A stretch of DNA of 64,000 nt from Anthoceros angustus (Eukaryota; Plantae; Anthocerotophyta), in contig VJWM01000068.1 of NCBI GenBank assembly GCA_010909165.1, positions 1,116,001 to 1,180,000 on the forward strand. The letters are read 5' to 3'. The notes beneath the pieces were generated by a model. The model saw only the letters and a program-made list of their open reading frames with translations. It was not told the origin of the DNA and searched no databases. Every line of letters begins with the position of its first letter. Within the stretch, counting starts at the first letter, position 1. Below, piece by piece: positions 1-13,652 of this stretch. The position numbers were made by a program, and so were the translations under genes.

Positions 1-1182
<1,182 letters not shown>

Positions 1183-1568
1183 GTATGATAATCCGAGCCA
1201 TTTCACAGTTAGGAACGAGCATCCCGACGTGACAGTGGTGGTTATTTATTATAAGGTCAGGACATCATATTATGTACCTATCTAGATCTTCAGCGGTAGG
1301 AATCCTTTATGACTTGCAAGATTGGACGAACTTATTTAGGGAGTGAGTGAATTTTGTTGTCTCAATAAGTTGGCCATGCTGAACTCCAGTTTTTTTTAAC
1401 CTGCCTTACCGTGTCTGTGGAAAGATGCTTGTGATTTTTCCTGTTGACATGAAAAGCTCACCTTATGCACCACGTTCATTCACGTTTCGAGCCGAGATGA
1501 TAATTTTTCCACCAGAGCGGTGGTGTTCAAGAACACCATTAAGTGAGAGCAGCTGCAGTTGTGCAGAG

Positions 1569-2080
1569 CTACTCGGCAGAGGATGATTTGCCTCCCTTTC
1601 CAGAAATTCCAGTTTTCTTTGGCAGAAGCACAGAGTGAATGTTTGGCAGAACCCCTCCGTTGGCGATGGTAACGGAGCCGAGCAGCTTGCTCAGTTCCTC
1701 GTCATTTCTTACTGCCAATTGAATGTGACGGGGCACTATCCTTGTCTTCTTGTTATCGCGAGACGCATTTCCAGCCAACTCAAGCACCTGCGCAAGGAGG
1801 GGTGTGAGAAACAAGACAACATGGACACTAAGAAGCGACAAGCACGAAGACTGTCATCTTCTGCAATTTCCAGCAGTGCCCACAGCGGTGAGCGTGGAAT
1901 CACCTCAGCGGCAAGATACTCGAGCACAGCGGCAAGGTAGACAGGGGCGCCCGCTCCCACACGGGTTGCGTACTTGCCAGCCTTGAGAAATCGGGCAATT
2001 CTTCCCACAGGGAATTGAAGGCCCGCCTTGGCTGAGCGGGAAACCGCTTTCTTGCCTGAGCTCTTGCCTCTGCCTGTCAT
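1569..2080 (-). CDS. H2A: Histone H2A, 2 exons (2080-1904, 1787-1569)
   Basis: [20 protein letters not shown]...[18 protein letters not shown]|[36 protein letters not shown]. The intron is at the usual plant H2A position. No SQEF or KSPKK tail, so a canonical type. Confidence 0.97.
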
Positions 2081-2718
2081 TGCTGCGCCTTGGTGTGATC
2101 TCAGAACGTGATGAGTTGAGGAGCCTGCCGAGTGTGCGCACCGAGCTGCTTGCCGGGAGCAGGAACTGAACTGCACGAGAGGCTCGAGGGAGAGTCGCAA
2201 GACGGAAACGCGGAAGCCGGGAATGGAGACGTCTTGAGGGGGAAGCACACGATTTAAACACAAAATGTTCAAATTTTGCACCAATGGCAAGGCTCCTTGC
2301 GGATCGACAGTTCAACGGTGGAGATGTGCGTAGGTTTGAGCACTGCCGTCGATGAGCCGGGTCGGTACGTAAGTATTCGGCCGCGTTCACACGCCCGCAC
2401 CCCTGTCAGGAGGGGAAGAGACGCGTGGAAGCAACAAGCTGCCGCCACTTCATCGCCGCCTGACTGTACCGAGCACCAGGCTTATGAAGGCTTGCGTGTC
2501 GCGAATGCAGCATCAATTGTTTTGTGCCGTCTTATGTGTTTGCTCGTCAACACCGTCTCGAGATCGTGTGCAAGACGCTGTAGCACTGCTGGAAGCTGCG
2601 ATTTGTGGAAAGCTTATCCGAAGGTGGAGAGGAGCAGAGCAGAGCAGGCAGGTTCCAATCTTTCTTGGGAGGAGATTGCGTAATCTGGGATTCAGCCTGT
2701 AGTGTGGACCGATCTGCA

Positions 2719-4501
2719 ATGGATCAAGCGAGGAAAATTATCATAGCTGTGGATGGCACGGAGGTGTCCGCGAACGCCTTCGCCTGGGCCTTCCGCAACC
2801 TGTTGCGCAAAACGGACCATGTCATTGTGTTTCATGCAGCTCCGCTTGCCGGGGCGAATTCCCTGCCTTCTGTTGACGTTGCCACAGGTGAGCGTGGAGG
2901 TGTGCATTTTGGCCAGGTGTTGTTGCTTGGGGTTCGGTAAAGAGGCCTTTGAAACTCATGGCCCGTGAGGAGAGCAGGATAGTGTGATGGCCACGGGGGA
3001 AATGCGTTGCCTGTGTCTTGTTTCAGAAGGATGTGGGGAGGGTAATGTATACGCTTGGACCATTTCTTTTTCCAGAGTATGGAGTTCTGCTTGGGCGTCC
3101 CCTTGGCGAGTCGGAAGCTGCCGAGAGGAGGAATACGGAGGTGTCTAAGGTCCTAGTGACCAAGTATCTTGAGAAGCTGAAACAAGCTGGGGTAAAAGAC
3201 TCTTCCAAGCTCTGCACATGGCCTAGAAGCTGCTCAGAGTTTGAACTCTAACCTCACTGGAAAGCATTGGCAGATATCATCTGAAGGTGAAGTTGTGAAA
3301 GGTGACGCTGGAAGTTGGATAGTGGATGAAGCCAACCGCTTGGAAGTAGATGCCGTCGTTGTTGGCAGCCACGGATATGGTGTTCTCACGAGGTGCTGTG
3401 CTTCGATTTGGTCGTGACTTTTTGGGAGCTCCTGTTGTGTGCTAAGGTTTAAGAATGTGGAGCTCAAGGCGGTTCTTGGATTTTGCAGAACTCTTCTAGG
3501 CAGCATAAGCGACTTTGTGCTACATAACGTGAGAAGTCCGTTGGTTATTGTTAGACAGACGGACGAACTCCAGGAGCATGATCCGTTGAGCTCTTCAGGG
3601 TCACCGAGAAAGATTGTCATTGCTGTGGACGATTCAGATGAGGCAAGCTTCTTGCCCTTGATTACTAGGAAGCAGAACTCTGCAATTGCTTGGTAGGTGT
3701 AGTAAATCAAATTGTCTCCGATTGCAGGCAGTATATGCTTTCAAATGGGCCCTGGAGAATTTTTGTGCCGAATCAGATGAGGTGGTAATATACCACGTGC
3801 ATCAGGCAATCCAGTCTCCTGTCACAGGTCTTGGCACAGGTAGATTTAAATGATGCCATTTTGTGCATCCCTGGTTTACAACAAGGCCCATTTGACATGT
3901 CCACTTTCTGCAGCTCGGTCTCCAGTAATTTCAGGCTAATGAGGCCTCTGGCAGGTAACTTTGGAGTGGAGGAAGTGTATGTCCCTCCGGACCTCAGCTC
4001 CAAGGATGAGGTAGAGGCCCTGGATGAAAGCGAGAAGCTGGTGGAGAAGTACATGGTGTACGCGTCAAATCGGACCAAGGCAAGTAGGAACAGGGTTTGC
4101 AACTCATCTGTTCCTTCATGCGAATCTCACATTTTTTAGTGCGAATTTTTGCAGATCAAGTGTGTGGGTATGGTTGTACCAGGGCCGACAGAAGTTAAGG
4201 TCTGTGAAGGTCTGAAGGCCTTGAAAGCAGATGCAGTCGTTGTTGGCTCCCATGATCGCGGAGCAGTGGCCAGGTGCGTTACCGTAGTACAGTACATGCA
4301 ATGTTTGGTCATGCAGTCGTTGCTTTACGTTTTGCAAGACAAGTTTGGACGAACCTTAATAGGCATACTCTCCGCAGGACATTCTTGGGAAGTGTAAGCG
4401 ACTACTTATCCCACAACAGCCCATGCCCCCTGCTTGTTGTGAAACTGCCCAAAGCTGTTCCAGTACAGGCAACAGAAGCTGGCCATAAGCATGCAACATG
4501 A
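2719..4501 (+). CDS. Universal stress protein A-like protein with two tandem USP domains, multi-exon
   Basis: Domain 1: RKIIIAVDG...AFAWA...VVVGSHGYG...LLGSISDFVLHNVRSPLVIVR. Domain 2: RKIVIAVDDS...AFKWA...VVVGSHDRG...FLGSVSDYLSHNSPCPLLVVK. Confidence 0.92.
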
Positions 4502-4757
4502 GACTGCGATAGCTGCACTCAAAGTACGGTCAGGGAGAACCCAAGCCTAAAAGAATGAATAGGTCTGTACATACAGCGGTAGTTCGAGGCCTATTATAGC
4601 GCTTCACTGGGTTAAATATCGTCGACTGCCGCTCCCGCTCTCGCATCGTATTGGTGGTCAGCACCATTTTTTGACTGATAAATTCTTAGCTTGTAAATGT
4701 CACTCATTCAATGGTTTCTTTACAATGTGAAGCGAGTGCATGTCGGGGAACCATTCG

Positions 4758-6758
4758 TCATAGGCCAGCCACAGAGATCATTCCCAGAGCACTACTCAAA
4801 CGCAGAGTCAGAAATGTCACATAGAGAACTAACAGGCCAACTCCAAGCTGTTTGCTTGGTTGCATAGCAGACTTGGGGAGAATCCAGAGAGCCCACAACA
4901 GCCCCGCCACTAGGAACCCCAGCGTGTAGTAAATGGAGTGGTCATCAGGAACAGGATATGAGGCTGGGTATACCTTCCAAGAAGCCAGAAGCAAGGACAG
5001 ACCTAACCCCACCAAGGTGTTGAACATGGGGCCTGCATAGCACCCAGAAACTGCTATTTGTACTCCATCTCCGCCGTGACAAGCCAGTGCAATGTTGGAC
5101 ATGAGATCCCCAACGGAGTTACCCCAAGCTAGAACTGTGAGACCCAAAATAGCTGCATCGATCTCCAGTATAACACCCACGGCTATCAGTGCAGCAACCA
5201 GCTCATTCGCTATTATATAAAACCACACAATGCTCATGACAAAGCCTCCCAACACCCATGGGAACAGGAACCTTCGAGGTGGATGGTCTGGTGTCAAGGT
5301 GAAGTGTGCTGTTATCCCAAGGGCGGCCCCAGAAGCTGTGACCCAGCCGAGAACCTGCCAGCTTTCTCGAATGGAGAAAGTGTTTCCACCTTCCCACACA
5401 AGAGCAAGGAGCACTGGGGCCAGAGTCGCACTGGTCACTGCGAACCGCAAAGACCAGCGGTCATCCTCCACAATGGGAATGGTCATGCGTCGCGGTAATG
5501 AGAGTGGCCACTCAATGAGGTAGAAGAGCAGGCCTCGAGGTGTGTACCACACAAACTCTGGTAATGCTTCCTCTTCACTCCATCCCCATAGAGGTCTGGT
5601 GCCTGGCCGTCCTCTCCGCATGGTTCCCTGGTCTGAGTAGATGGACACATGTGGTGCCCACTTCCACTGGGGCAAGGATGTGTCCACCACAGTCCCACCA
5701 CGAACAGAGGATGAGAATCCCCGTGCCAAGTCTGGGTCTACCGAAAGACCATCCCCGTCATAAGCTGGAGCATCCTCATCACGAGGATTTGGACCAGGAG
5801 GAAGCAGAGGCATGTCGAAGTCCTTAGCTGTCAGCAAGGGCTCCATAGCATGCCAACTTGGACCCTTTCTCGCATTTTTCCTAAATTCCAGCACTGCAAC
5901 CGAGACCCCGTACACCACATAGATGGAGACATAAGCAGCAGCACCCCAGAGCGAGATCTTCCCCAAGAGAAGAATGACCAACAAGGCTGTGAGAGTGACG
6001 AGAAAAAAAATAACATCCCGGATGAAGGAGAACCGGTCGATCCGCAGCAAACTTGGAGACTCATACCCTGCGATCACCAGACTCACAGACCCCATGACCA
6101 CGGATGTCACAAAAGTTGCTCCCCCAAGAACACTGTTAAGGCCAACATCCCCAGTTCCTGCCCCCACAAACGCTGCAATGCTGGCGAAGACATCAGGAGC
6201 TCCATTCCCGAGCGGGAGGAGAGAAACCCCGGCCACTGTAGGAGGCAAACGTAGCAGCTTGGACAGCTTCTCCAAAGAGCAGCAAAAATAGTCAGCTGCA
6301 GTGTTACCCAGCATGTAAAACAGAGCTGCCAGCCAGATGACAAACACCACAAGGCCTACAACCGGCACACCAGAGCAGGAGCAGTAGTAGAAACTGGTAT
6401 ACTCGATCAGAGTCCCCGATCTGCAGGCTTCATGTGCCCTAACAAAGGAGCAAGAATCGGGGTACCCTTCGTGCTGCCCCACATGCTGGCAAGAGCCAGT
6501 GTCAGTCCCTGCTGAATTCTGTGAGGGCGCTGGAGCACCCAAGAGCAGCCAAAGCCCTCCGGCTTCACCCGATTTTCCATCTAATTTCCCCTGCACACCC
6601 AGCAACCGCCTGATTCCTGTGCCCGGCCTGCTCCCAGCAGAAATGTCACTGCCTCTGAGCCCAACAATCCGTCCCCACACCACGATGAGGAACAGAACCG
6701 TACAGGCCAATCGTAGAGAGGACCGCAATCCCTGGCCCAGCGAGGGCGACCCCATCAT
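4758..6758 (-). CDS. CCX: Cation/calcium exchanger (CCX family, Na_Ca_ex), intronless, 666 aa
   Basis: Alpha-1 repeat AGVSLLPLGNGAPDVFASIAAF and alpha-2 repeat LGLTVLAWGNSVGDLMSN...SGCYAGPMFN. Multiple transmembrane helices. Confidence 0.95.
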   Translation of the reverse strand: MMGSPSLGQGLRSSLRLACTVLFLIVVWGRIVGLRGSDISAGSRPGTGIRRLLGVQGKLDGKSGEAGGLWLLLGAPAPSQNSAGTDTGSCQHVGQHEGYPDSCSFVRAHEACRSGTLIEYTSFYYCSCSGVPVVGLVVFVIWLAALFYMLGNTAADYFCCSLEKLSKLLRLPPTVAGVSLLPLGNGAPDVFASIAAFVGAGTGDVGLNSVLGGATFVTSVVMGSVSLVIAGYESPSLLRIDRFSFIRDVIFFLVTLTALLVILLLGKISLWGAAAYVSIYVVYGVSVAVLEFRKNARKGPSWHAMEPLLTAKDFDMPLLPPGPNPRDEDAPAYDGDGLSVDPDLARGFSSSVRGGTVVDTSLPQWKWAPHVSIYSDQGTMRRGRPGTRPLWGWSEEEALPEFVWYTPRGLLFYLIEWPLSLPRRMTIPIVEDDRWSLRFAVTSATLAPVLLALVWEGGNTFSIRESWQVLGWVTASGAALGITAHFTLTPDHPPRRFLFPWVLGGFVMSIVWFYIIANELVAALIAVGVILEIDAAILGLTVLAWGNSVGDLMSNIALACHGGDGVQIAVSGCYAGPMFNTLVGLGLSLLLASWKVYPASYPVPDDHSIYYTLGFLVAGLLWALWILPKSAMQPSKQLGVGLLVLYVTFLTLRLSSALGMISVAGL

Positions 6759-6943
6759 GTCATGCTACCTTACCTTTCCAGCCATTTCTTGAAGGCTGAA
6801 GAGTATATCGAAGGGCGATTAGCGTAACTCTCACGTATAAGATCGGCAGGTAGCCCGAGAAAAGGCTTCCTTCTTCAGCCCGTGCTCCTCCTTCAATCAG
6901 ACTAATTTGTTGTGAGCGGTTGACTCGAATCTGCTCTGCCAAT

Positions 6944-8063
6944 ATGGGCCAGGATTGCAGGCAGATCCGGAGATGGATTGCGGGTGTAGCGTGGCTGGTT
7001 TTGATGTTCCTTTCCAACGTAGCTCCGGCGCGGGCCATCCGCTTCACTGTTGACCGGAAGGAGTGCTTCAGCTACAACGTGGAGTCTGAAGGGGACACCG
7101 TCCACGCTTCGTATGTCGTGGTTGAGGTGGAGAGCTCCTGGAAGTTCGAGCACTTGGGCGTCGATGTCATCGTGAGCTGCTCCTAACTCTCGTGTGGATT
7201 TGGTACCAGAATCTCTTCTGCTACGTTGCTTCGAAAGAGTTGATCGACGGGGTTGGGTTTTCTCTGGCTCCGGCTCCGGCTCGTCTTTGTTGATAGCATT
7301 CTCTTAGGTTGGGAAGAATTGTACAAGAAATTGGATCGGCTGTGTTGTGGCTATGACCATACGTTTGGAGATCTGAGGTCCTAGGATTACAATGTCAGAT
7401 ACGATGCGATTAGGGAGTGATGGAAAGCTGACGGTGTGATCTGTGATGTATGCTTCAGGTCGAGGCCCCGGCTGGCTATCATGTGCATAGCGCCAGGCAG
7501 CAGGTGGAGGAGAAGTTCGATTTCGTAGCAACGAAGAAGGGGCACTACAAGTTCTGCTTCTACAATCACTCCCCCATTCACGAGACTGTCGTGTTTGATG
7601 TACACATCGGTCATGTTCCTCCTAAGGTGGAGCATGCAACAGACGGTAAGTGATATCCGTCCAGTTCTTCAGGAGTCCACTAGTCGGGATAACTCCAAGG
7701 TCGCAACAAACTGATGTGGAAACATTCTATGTCGAACACAGAACACTTTGATCCAATCCTGGACCAGGTGTCCAGGCTTGAAGATGCCCTCTACAATGTT
7801 CAGTTTGAGCAACATTGGCTCCACGCCCAAACAGAACGTCAGGCTATAGGTGAGGAGCTGTACTGTTGTGTGGTTGATGTTAGCTCTGTTGTCCCTTTTT
7901 ACCCATGGGCTCTCTTGCTGCTGTTGCAGTGAACTCCAAGATGAGCAGCAGGGTCATCTACAAGGCCTTCTGGGAATCCACAGCAATGATCTTTGCCAGC
8001 GTCTTGCAAGTCTACTTGTTGCGAAGACTTTTCGAGAAAAAACTAGGGTTTTCCAGGGTGTAG
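6944..8063 (+). CDS. emp24/gp25L/p24 family GOLD-domain cargo receptor (p24beta-like), 4 exons
   Basis: Signal peptide, then AIRFTVDRKECFS...KGHYKFCFYN and LEDALYNVQFEQHWLHAQTERQA. C-terminal TM followed by LRRLFEKKLGFSRV*. Confidence 0.92.
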
Positions 8064-8790
8064 GACCCAACTGTATTTCCAGGCGACTTTTCGGACTGAA
8101 CTGAATCGACGAACATCTGGAGGTGCATCCACAAGTAGTTTGTGGATTCTAAATTTTGCTGACGATCAATGGAATGGAATGGAACGGAAATACTTCCGGT
8201 TGTAAGCAATGGCTCCTTGGAAGAGCTCACATTCCAGGACACGGACAATTTGCATACACCATATTCGGTTTCAAGAGAATTGGTAAGACTCTAGGATCCG
8301 TTAACTCCTTCTCTTGGCAAAGGTATCAGACTTGCCTAGGCAGTCCGGCCCTTACCCCCATCTCGCTACTGCTACAGCACACTCTATTACCTTCACAGCC
8401 CTTCACATGAAATAACAAACTCTCTACGATGAACATTTGCTGTGTGATTCACAGTGCTGTAGTATAGGTCTCTGAAGCTGCCTGTACTGAAGACCTCAGA
8501 AGTACGGCTGCGCGTGAACTTGCTGAAACGAGTCCGCCAAATTCTTGATGAAAGCTGGAACTCACCTCCTCCAGCCCTCTCAGCACTCTCTTCGCTGTCT
8601 TAGCGGCCGAGACCTTGACCCCACATTTGGTATGCGATAGGACCTCAGAATGCTGGCGTTACAATATAGGGTAAAGGGGCAGCAATGGCATGCATTCACG
8701 GAAAAGTTACCACTTCGCTCGAAACCCTGTTGTGGCTTGGCCACCGGCAGGAGGAACCTGATCTGACTTGCGGTTTCCCAGCAAACGATC

Positions 8791-10136
8791 ATGGGTCTCA
8801 AAGTACTGGTTGTTGGCAGCAGCAGCGGCGTCGGTCTGCAGGTGAGGTGCCTTCTTCCTGATGACAAGGTTCATCTCGTTCCTTCTGCCCTTAGACTCTC
8901 CTTGCTGTGGCTCATCATCCACTCTCTTTTTAGGTGACGAAAGCACTCCTTGAAGAGCAAGACAAATTCGAGGTCTATGCGTTGGTGCGGAACGAGGAAC
9001 GGGCCAGGAATGCAATCGGTAAGCTCCTTAGCAGAGCAGTCTGGCGTATTCCTAGCTGTGGTGCTGATTGGAAAAGCTGCTCATAACCATATGCAGGCAG
9101 TTCAGCCTCAAGAGTGCATTTCATACAAGGGGACATTAGCAAGCAGGAAACACTGGTCGACCCCTGCTCTGGGAAAGACGCAGTTGTGTGCACGGTTGGT
9201 GCCAGGGCAGGCTGGGGAATACTAGGATCAAAGCTGGACACTCCCCAGTATGTGGATTACCTGGGAGTCAAGTACCTCAGTGAAGCTGCTGCTGCCTCCA
9301 AGGTGTGTGTACTATGTGTTCATTACATGGCACAGATCCTCACATCCTAGGCCGATAATATTCCACATACTCTCACTGTCTACGTAAGAGCAGCATAGCC
9401 GTGGTACAGGCCTGTACAGTAAGCACTAGATACATAGCGGGCACATCTTGAATTGCTCACTTATGGCCATCTGAAATTGCGGCTTGCAGGTTCCCAGGTT
9501 TGTGTTGGTTTCATCGATGGGTATCACACGTCCTTTCTGGCCTGTTTCCATCCTGCTCAACACCATGTTCGGCCGGGTAATACACTGGAAGGGCAAGGTA
9601 CGTACGTAAAGCATCACCTACTAGCTGGGTATGGCATGGTGGGCATGGTGCAGAACGTACTATGGTGATGTGGTCTAGCATCACCTGCTAGCTTAGTATG
9701 GCATGTGGAGCATGGTGAGTGCCCTGTCCCGGTGACTCTTAAACCTCACCACACGGCTTCACAACAGGGCGAGGATGCACTTCGCCAGGCATACTCACCC
9801 CAAGACCTGAACTACTTCATCGTGCGGCCAGGCGGTCTGAACAACAACGAAGCTGGCCAGAAGTGCATCATACTGGATCAAGGTAACGTCCAGCTGCAGA
9901 CGTACCCACATGGCATACATACCTTCCTTGGTCCTCTCCCTGAAACTCCCCTCGTGCTCGTTGCAGGTGACAAAGCAAGCGGCACCATCCCAAGGCGTGA
10001 TGTGGCCACAGTGGTGGCCGCCTGCGTGCAAGGCCTGTGCCCTCCCAACGTCACCTTCGAAGTCTACAACCATAAGGAAGACCCGGCCCAGGCCAAGGTC
10101 TCCTTCGAGCACCTGGTGCCGGACAGCCAGACCTAG
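8791..10136 (+). CDS. NAD(P)-binding Rossmann-fold protein (NAD_binding_10 / atypical SDR), multi-exon
   Basis: MGLKVLVVGSSSGVG, YALVRN, FIQGDI, DAVVCTVG, YVDYLGVKYL, RFVLVSSMG, YFIVRPGGL, GTIPRRDVA. An upstream exon cannot be excluded. Confidence 0.88.
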
Positions 10137-10521
10137 CTCCCTCATCGTCCTGTTTCCAGCCATGTCACCCAACACTGAAACAATCGTGGATGCACAGAGT
10201 GTCCTGGTGCTCCACCTGGACACAAGCCCGGTGTGGGGCCATTGCAAGACATATGTACATACTCGAAGTAAGATTCCATCTTTCGGAACATCACTACGGC
10301 CTCATACTGTCAGAACGAGAAGGCAACGGCCAGTGCGACCCGACATCCATGGTGTCCCAGGACGTGAGGTACAGAGCAAGGCAGTTATAGGGCGGCCAGA
10401 GTCCGGGAACGATGCCGGATCCTTCCTGGAAGCCTGTACCTGCCCGCAATCCGGGCCCGGAGTCGGAACCGGGCACTGGGAGGATCTCTGCGTACGTGGG
10501 TCGCAGAGATCCTGTCAGGCT

Positions 10522-10620
10522 CGAAAGTGGGTCAGTCCCGCCGCAGCAGGCGCCTCTGGAACTCCCCTGTCCGGGTCGAAAGTGCGTCAGTCCCGCCGCA
10601 GCAGGCGCCTCTGGAACTCC
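10522..10620. repeat. Direct repeat, 2 copies of ~44 bp with a 55-bp period
   Basis: cgaaagtg(g/c)gtcagtcccgccgcagcaggcgcctctggaactcc at 10522 and 10577. Confidence 0.85.
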
Positions 10621-10970
10621 AGCTGGGGCCTCCATCCCTCGGCAATGGACGCCCCAGATGGCAACACCCTGCATGCCCCAGCTGCACGGGAGCCCAAATG
10701 AATCCAGGCCTGGCGATCTCCCGAGCGGAGCTCATTTTGGTATGTCTCTGCATGTGTCGAGCGCTTATGCTTATCCTGTTCCGATGTTCTCATGTCGCTA
10801 AGGACGGCAAGACTTCCGCATCAAGCAACACTCCAGCGTGAATGTCTTAAAGCAGGGGTATACGGACGATTTCCAGCCGTTGCCAGCGAAGTTGCCACTG
10901 CCCTATTCCCGTGCTATGAACGGCCTGCGAGCACCGGGTCTGATTCTTTTCGAGGCGGCGCTTTGCGAAG

Positions 10971-11885
10971 ATGGAGCACCGGGAGTGGGCGCCGCGGGAT
11001 GGCGAGGCCAGGATGGACCTGAGCGTGGAGATGGTGGGCCAGGAGACAGCCGTCCTGGGCCGCGGCGCGCATGCTTTCACTCAGACGGGTGATGAGGACG
11101 GAAAGCTCAAGCAACCACTCCCGCCTCAGAGTGAGAATGAGAGTCCCGTCCCTCAAGATCACGAGAATGGGACTCCTCTCTCCCATGAGAATGAGAATGG
11201 AAGCCCCGTGGTTGATGCGAATGAGAATGAGAGTCCCGTCCTTGATGCGAATGAGGATGAGAATGGAAGTGACAACGAAAGTGATAGCAGTGATAGCAGT
11301 TGCAGCTCCCTCGAGAAAATTCGCATCTTCAAGAACTTAGCATACCAAGTTCGCATCCGGATGGCGAGGTCGGGTTTTGATTTTGATTTGAAAAGTGCGC
11401 CGTGGAGGCAGGAGCTCAACGTCTCGGATTCGGATGCGGTCAGGGATCTGGAGAGAGGAGGGGAGGGGATTGACAGTGATCGTGGGAGCGAGGGCTCGGA
11501 AGGGGAAGGGGAAGAAGGGGTGAGTGCATGCAGGGTGTGCATGTCCTCGGCCAGGTTTGACACCGTGGATCTGGGGTGTGCGTGCAAGGAGGACATGGGA
11601 GTCCTCCACCGGGAGTGCGCGCGGGAGTGGTTCGGCCGGAGGCGGAATAATGTTTGTGAAATCTGTGGGTCTGCGTGCACGAATTTGATGGACATGGTGG
11701 ATTTTGAAGACCTGCAGGCGCCTCGGCGGTACGTACCGCCGCCGGTGGATCCACTACCACTTCCGATACCGCCTGTTGAAGCGCGCCGGCCTCGCTGGTG
11801 GCGACAACGGCGTTTCGTACATTTGGTGATAGCGTTTGCTGTCCTTGCTTGCGTGCTGCCCTGGATCTTCGTATACTTCACGTGA
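10971..11885 (+). CDS. RING-CH (RINGv, C4HC3) membrane-anchored E3 ligase-like protein, intronless
   Basis: CRVC...LGCACKEDMGVLHRECAREWF...CEICG. C-terminal RWWRQRRF followed by a TM helix. Acidic ENESPV repeats in the N-terminal part. Start codon uncertain. Confidence 0.85.
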   Translation: MEHREWAPRDGEARMDLSVEMVGQETAVLGRGAHAFTQTGDEDGKLKQPLPPQSENESPVPQDHENGTPLSHENENGSPVVDANENESPVLDANEDENGSDNESDSSDSSCSSLEKIRIFKNLAYQVRIRMARSGFDFDLKSAPWRQELNVSDSDAVRDLERGGEGIDSDRGSEGSEGEGEEGVSACRVCMSSARFDTVDLGCACKEDMGVLHRECAREWFGRRRNNVCEICGSACTNLMDMVDFEDLQAPRRYVPPPVDPLPLPIPPVEARRPRWWRQRRFVHLVIAFAVLACVLPWIFVYFT

Positions 11886-12199
11886 AGTTCGGGCTTGATA
11901 TGGATGATGGCTTTGACAAACCATACCTCATTCAATACCTAGAATTCATTCAATTTTTTCATTTGCTCAAGTACCTGCAGTCTTTGTCACTTCTTTCTTC
12001 ACATCTCGGGATTCAACCCGTGTGAACGCTTGACGTCATGTGACTCTAGGAACACTTCATCTTACCCTTGAAATGCTTCATGCGAAAGCTATTTAAGGTT
12101 AAAATTTTGCGAAATTTTGCTCATGTTTGTGGAATAGGCATTTTATTTGCAAAGTGGAAAGAAGTTTGTCATCTTCTTTGAGCATGCATGAGGGATTTG

Positions 12200-13560
12200 C
12201 TTGCAAGGTAGAAAGAAGTGTTACCTTTGTATGAGAGCTTGCGAGTACATCACTCATGTCTGGTAGGAATTTGGAGTAGAAAGGAGTGTCACCTTTGTTG
12301 GAGAGCTTGCAAGTATGTCACTCATATATGGTAGAAATTTGGAGTAGAAGCGTGTCTGAGAGCTTGCGAGTAGAAAGAAGTGCTTGAAAGTATTGTCACT
12401 TGCAAGCAGAGTAGAGTATGTCATTGAAATTTGGAGAAAGGAGTGCTTGTGAGTATGTCACTCATGAAATTTGGAGAAAGGAGTGCTTGTGAGTATGTCA
12501 CTCATGTCTAGTAGAAATTTGGAGTAGAAAGAAGTATCATTATCCAAGGTGGTATCACCTTTGTCCGAGAAAGTATCAGTATCACTTAGTAGAAAGGACC
12601 GTAGAGTCACTTAGTAGAAAGGATCGTAGAGTCACTTAGTAGAAAGGATCGTAGAGTCACTTAGTAGAAAGGATCGTAGAGTCACTTAGTAGAAAGGATT
12701 GTAGAAAGGAGTGTCACTTTTTTTGAAAGCTTGCGGGTCTCAGTGGGCATGTATGAGGGTTGAAAGGGGGACGCTTTTGTACATATGTCGCAGGGTTTTG
12801 ATGGGCTTTCAGGCATGTCTAAAAGCCAAAGCTAGAAGGAGTATATTTCATGGGCTTTCAGGCATGTCTAAAAGCCAAAGCTAGAAGGAGTATATGGAGT
12901 GCCCGAGGGATTTTGGGCATGTTTGAGGGCCAAAAGGAGTATAAGGATTGCTGGCTAAGGAGTATATGGAGTGCCCGAGGGATTTTGGGCATGTTTGAGG
13001 GCCAAAAGGAGTATAAGGATTGCTGGCTAAGGGGCCGAAAGCAGCATAAGGAGTGCCTTGAGGCCTTTCTTGCATGTTTGAGGGCCAAAAGGAGTATTGC
13101 ATGAGGAGTGTGAGGCCCAAAAGGAGTATAAGGAGTGACTCAATTAAGGCTTTCAAAAGGTCCGTGTAAGGAGTGTTTTAGCAATGATGTTGCTTTCAGG
13201 CATGTCTAAAAGCCAAAGCTAGAAGGAATATATTTCATGGGCTTTCAGGCATGTCTAAAAGCCAAAGCTAGAAGGAGTATATGGAGTGCCCGAGGGATTT
13301 CGCGCATGTTTGAGGGCCAAAAGGAGTATGAGGGGTGCCCTTTTGAGGGCCAAAAGGAGTATAAGGAGTGATTCAAGGGTTTCACAAGGAGTGTTTAGGC
13401 ATGTCTTGAGGGTCTGAGGAGGACCAAAAAGAGTATCATGAGGGCTCAAAGGGATGTCATGAGCCAAAAGGGATGTCATGAGCCAAAAGGAATGTCATGA
13501 GTGAGGGCCAAGGGGCTTTGCAGGCAAATCTAAGAGCTTGCGAGTAGAAAGGAGTGTCAC
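12200..13560. repeat. Complex minisatellite region
   Basis: Recurring gagcttgcgagt / agaaaggagtgtcac motifs. Five copies of the 25-bp unit tcacttagtagaaaggatcgtagag (12582-12705). ~48-bp and ~72-bp duplications with ggcatgt and aaggagtata cores (12800-13450). Confidence 0.85.
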
Positions 13561-13652
13561 CTTGGGGCGAGTAGAATAGAGTATGCACTTGGGCGCACTT
13601 GGGCATACGCCCCTAACAACGAGGGTGATAGACGTGCAATGTCGTGCCTCAC

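Noticed and set aside
1569-1600. H2A.X or H2A.W variant assignment
   Set aside because: There is no SQ(E/D)F or KSPKK C-terminal motif.
11159-11935. 258-aa antisense ORF and similar shadow ORFs throughout the window
   Set aside because: These are reverse-frame shadows of real GC-rich genes with no domain signal.
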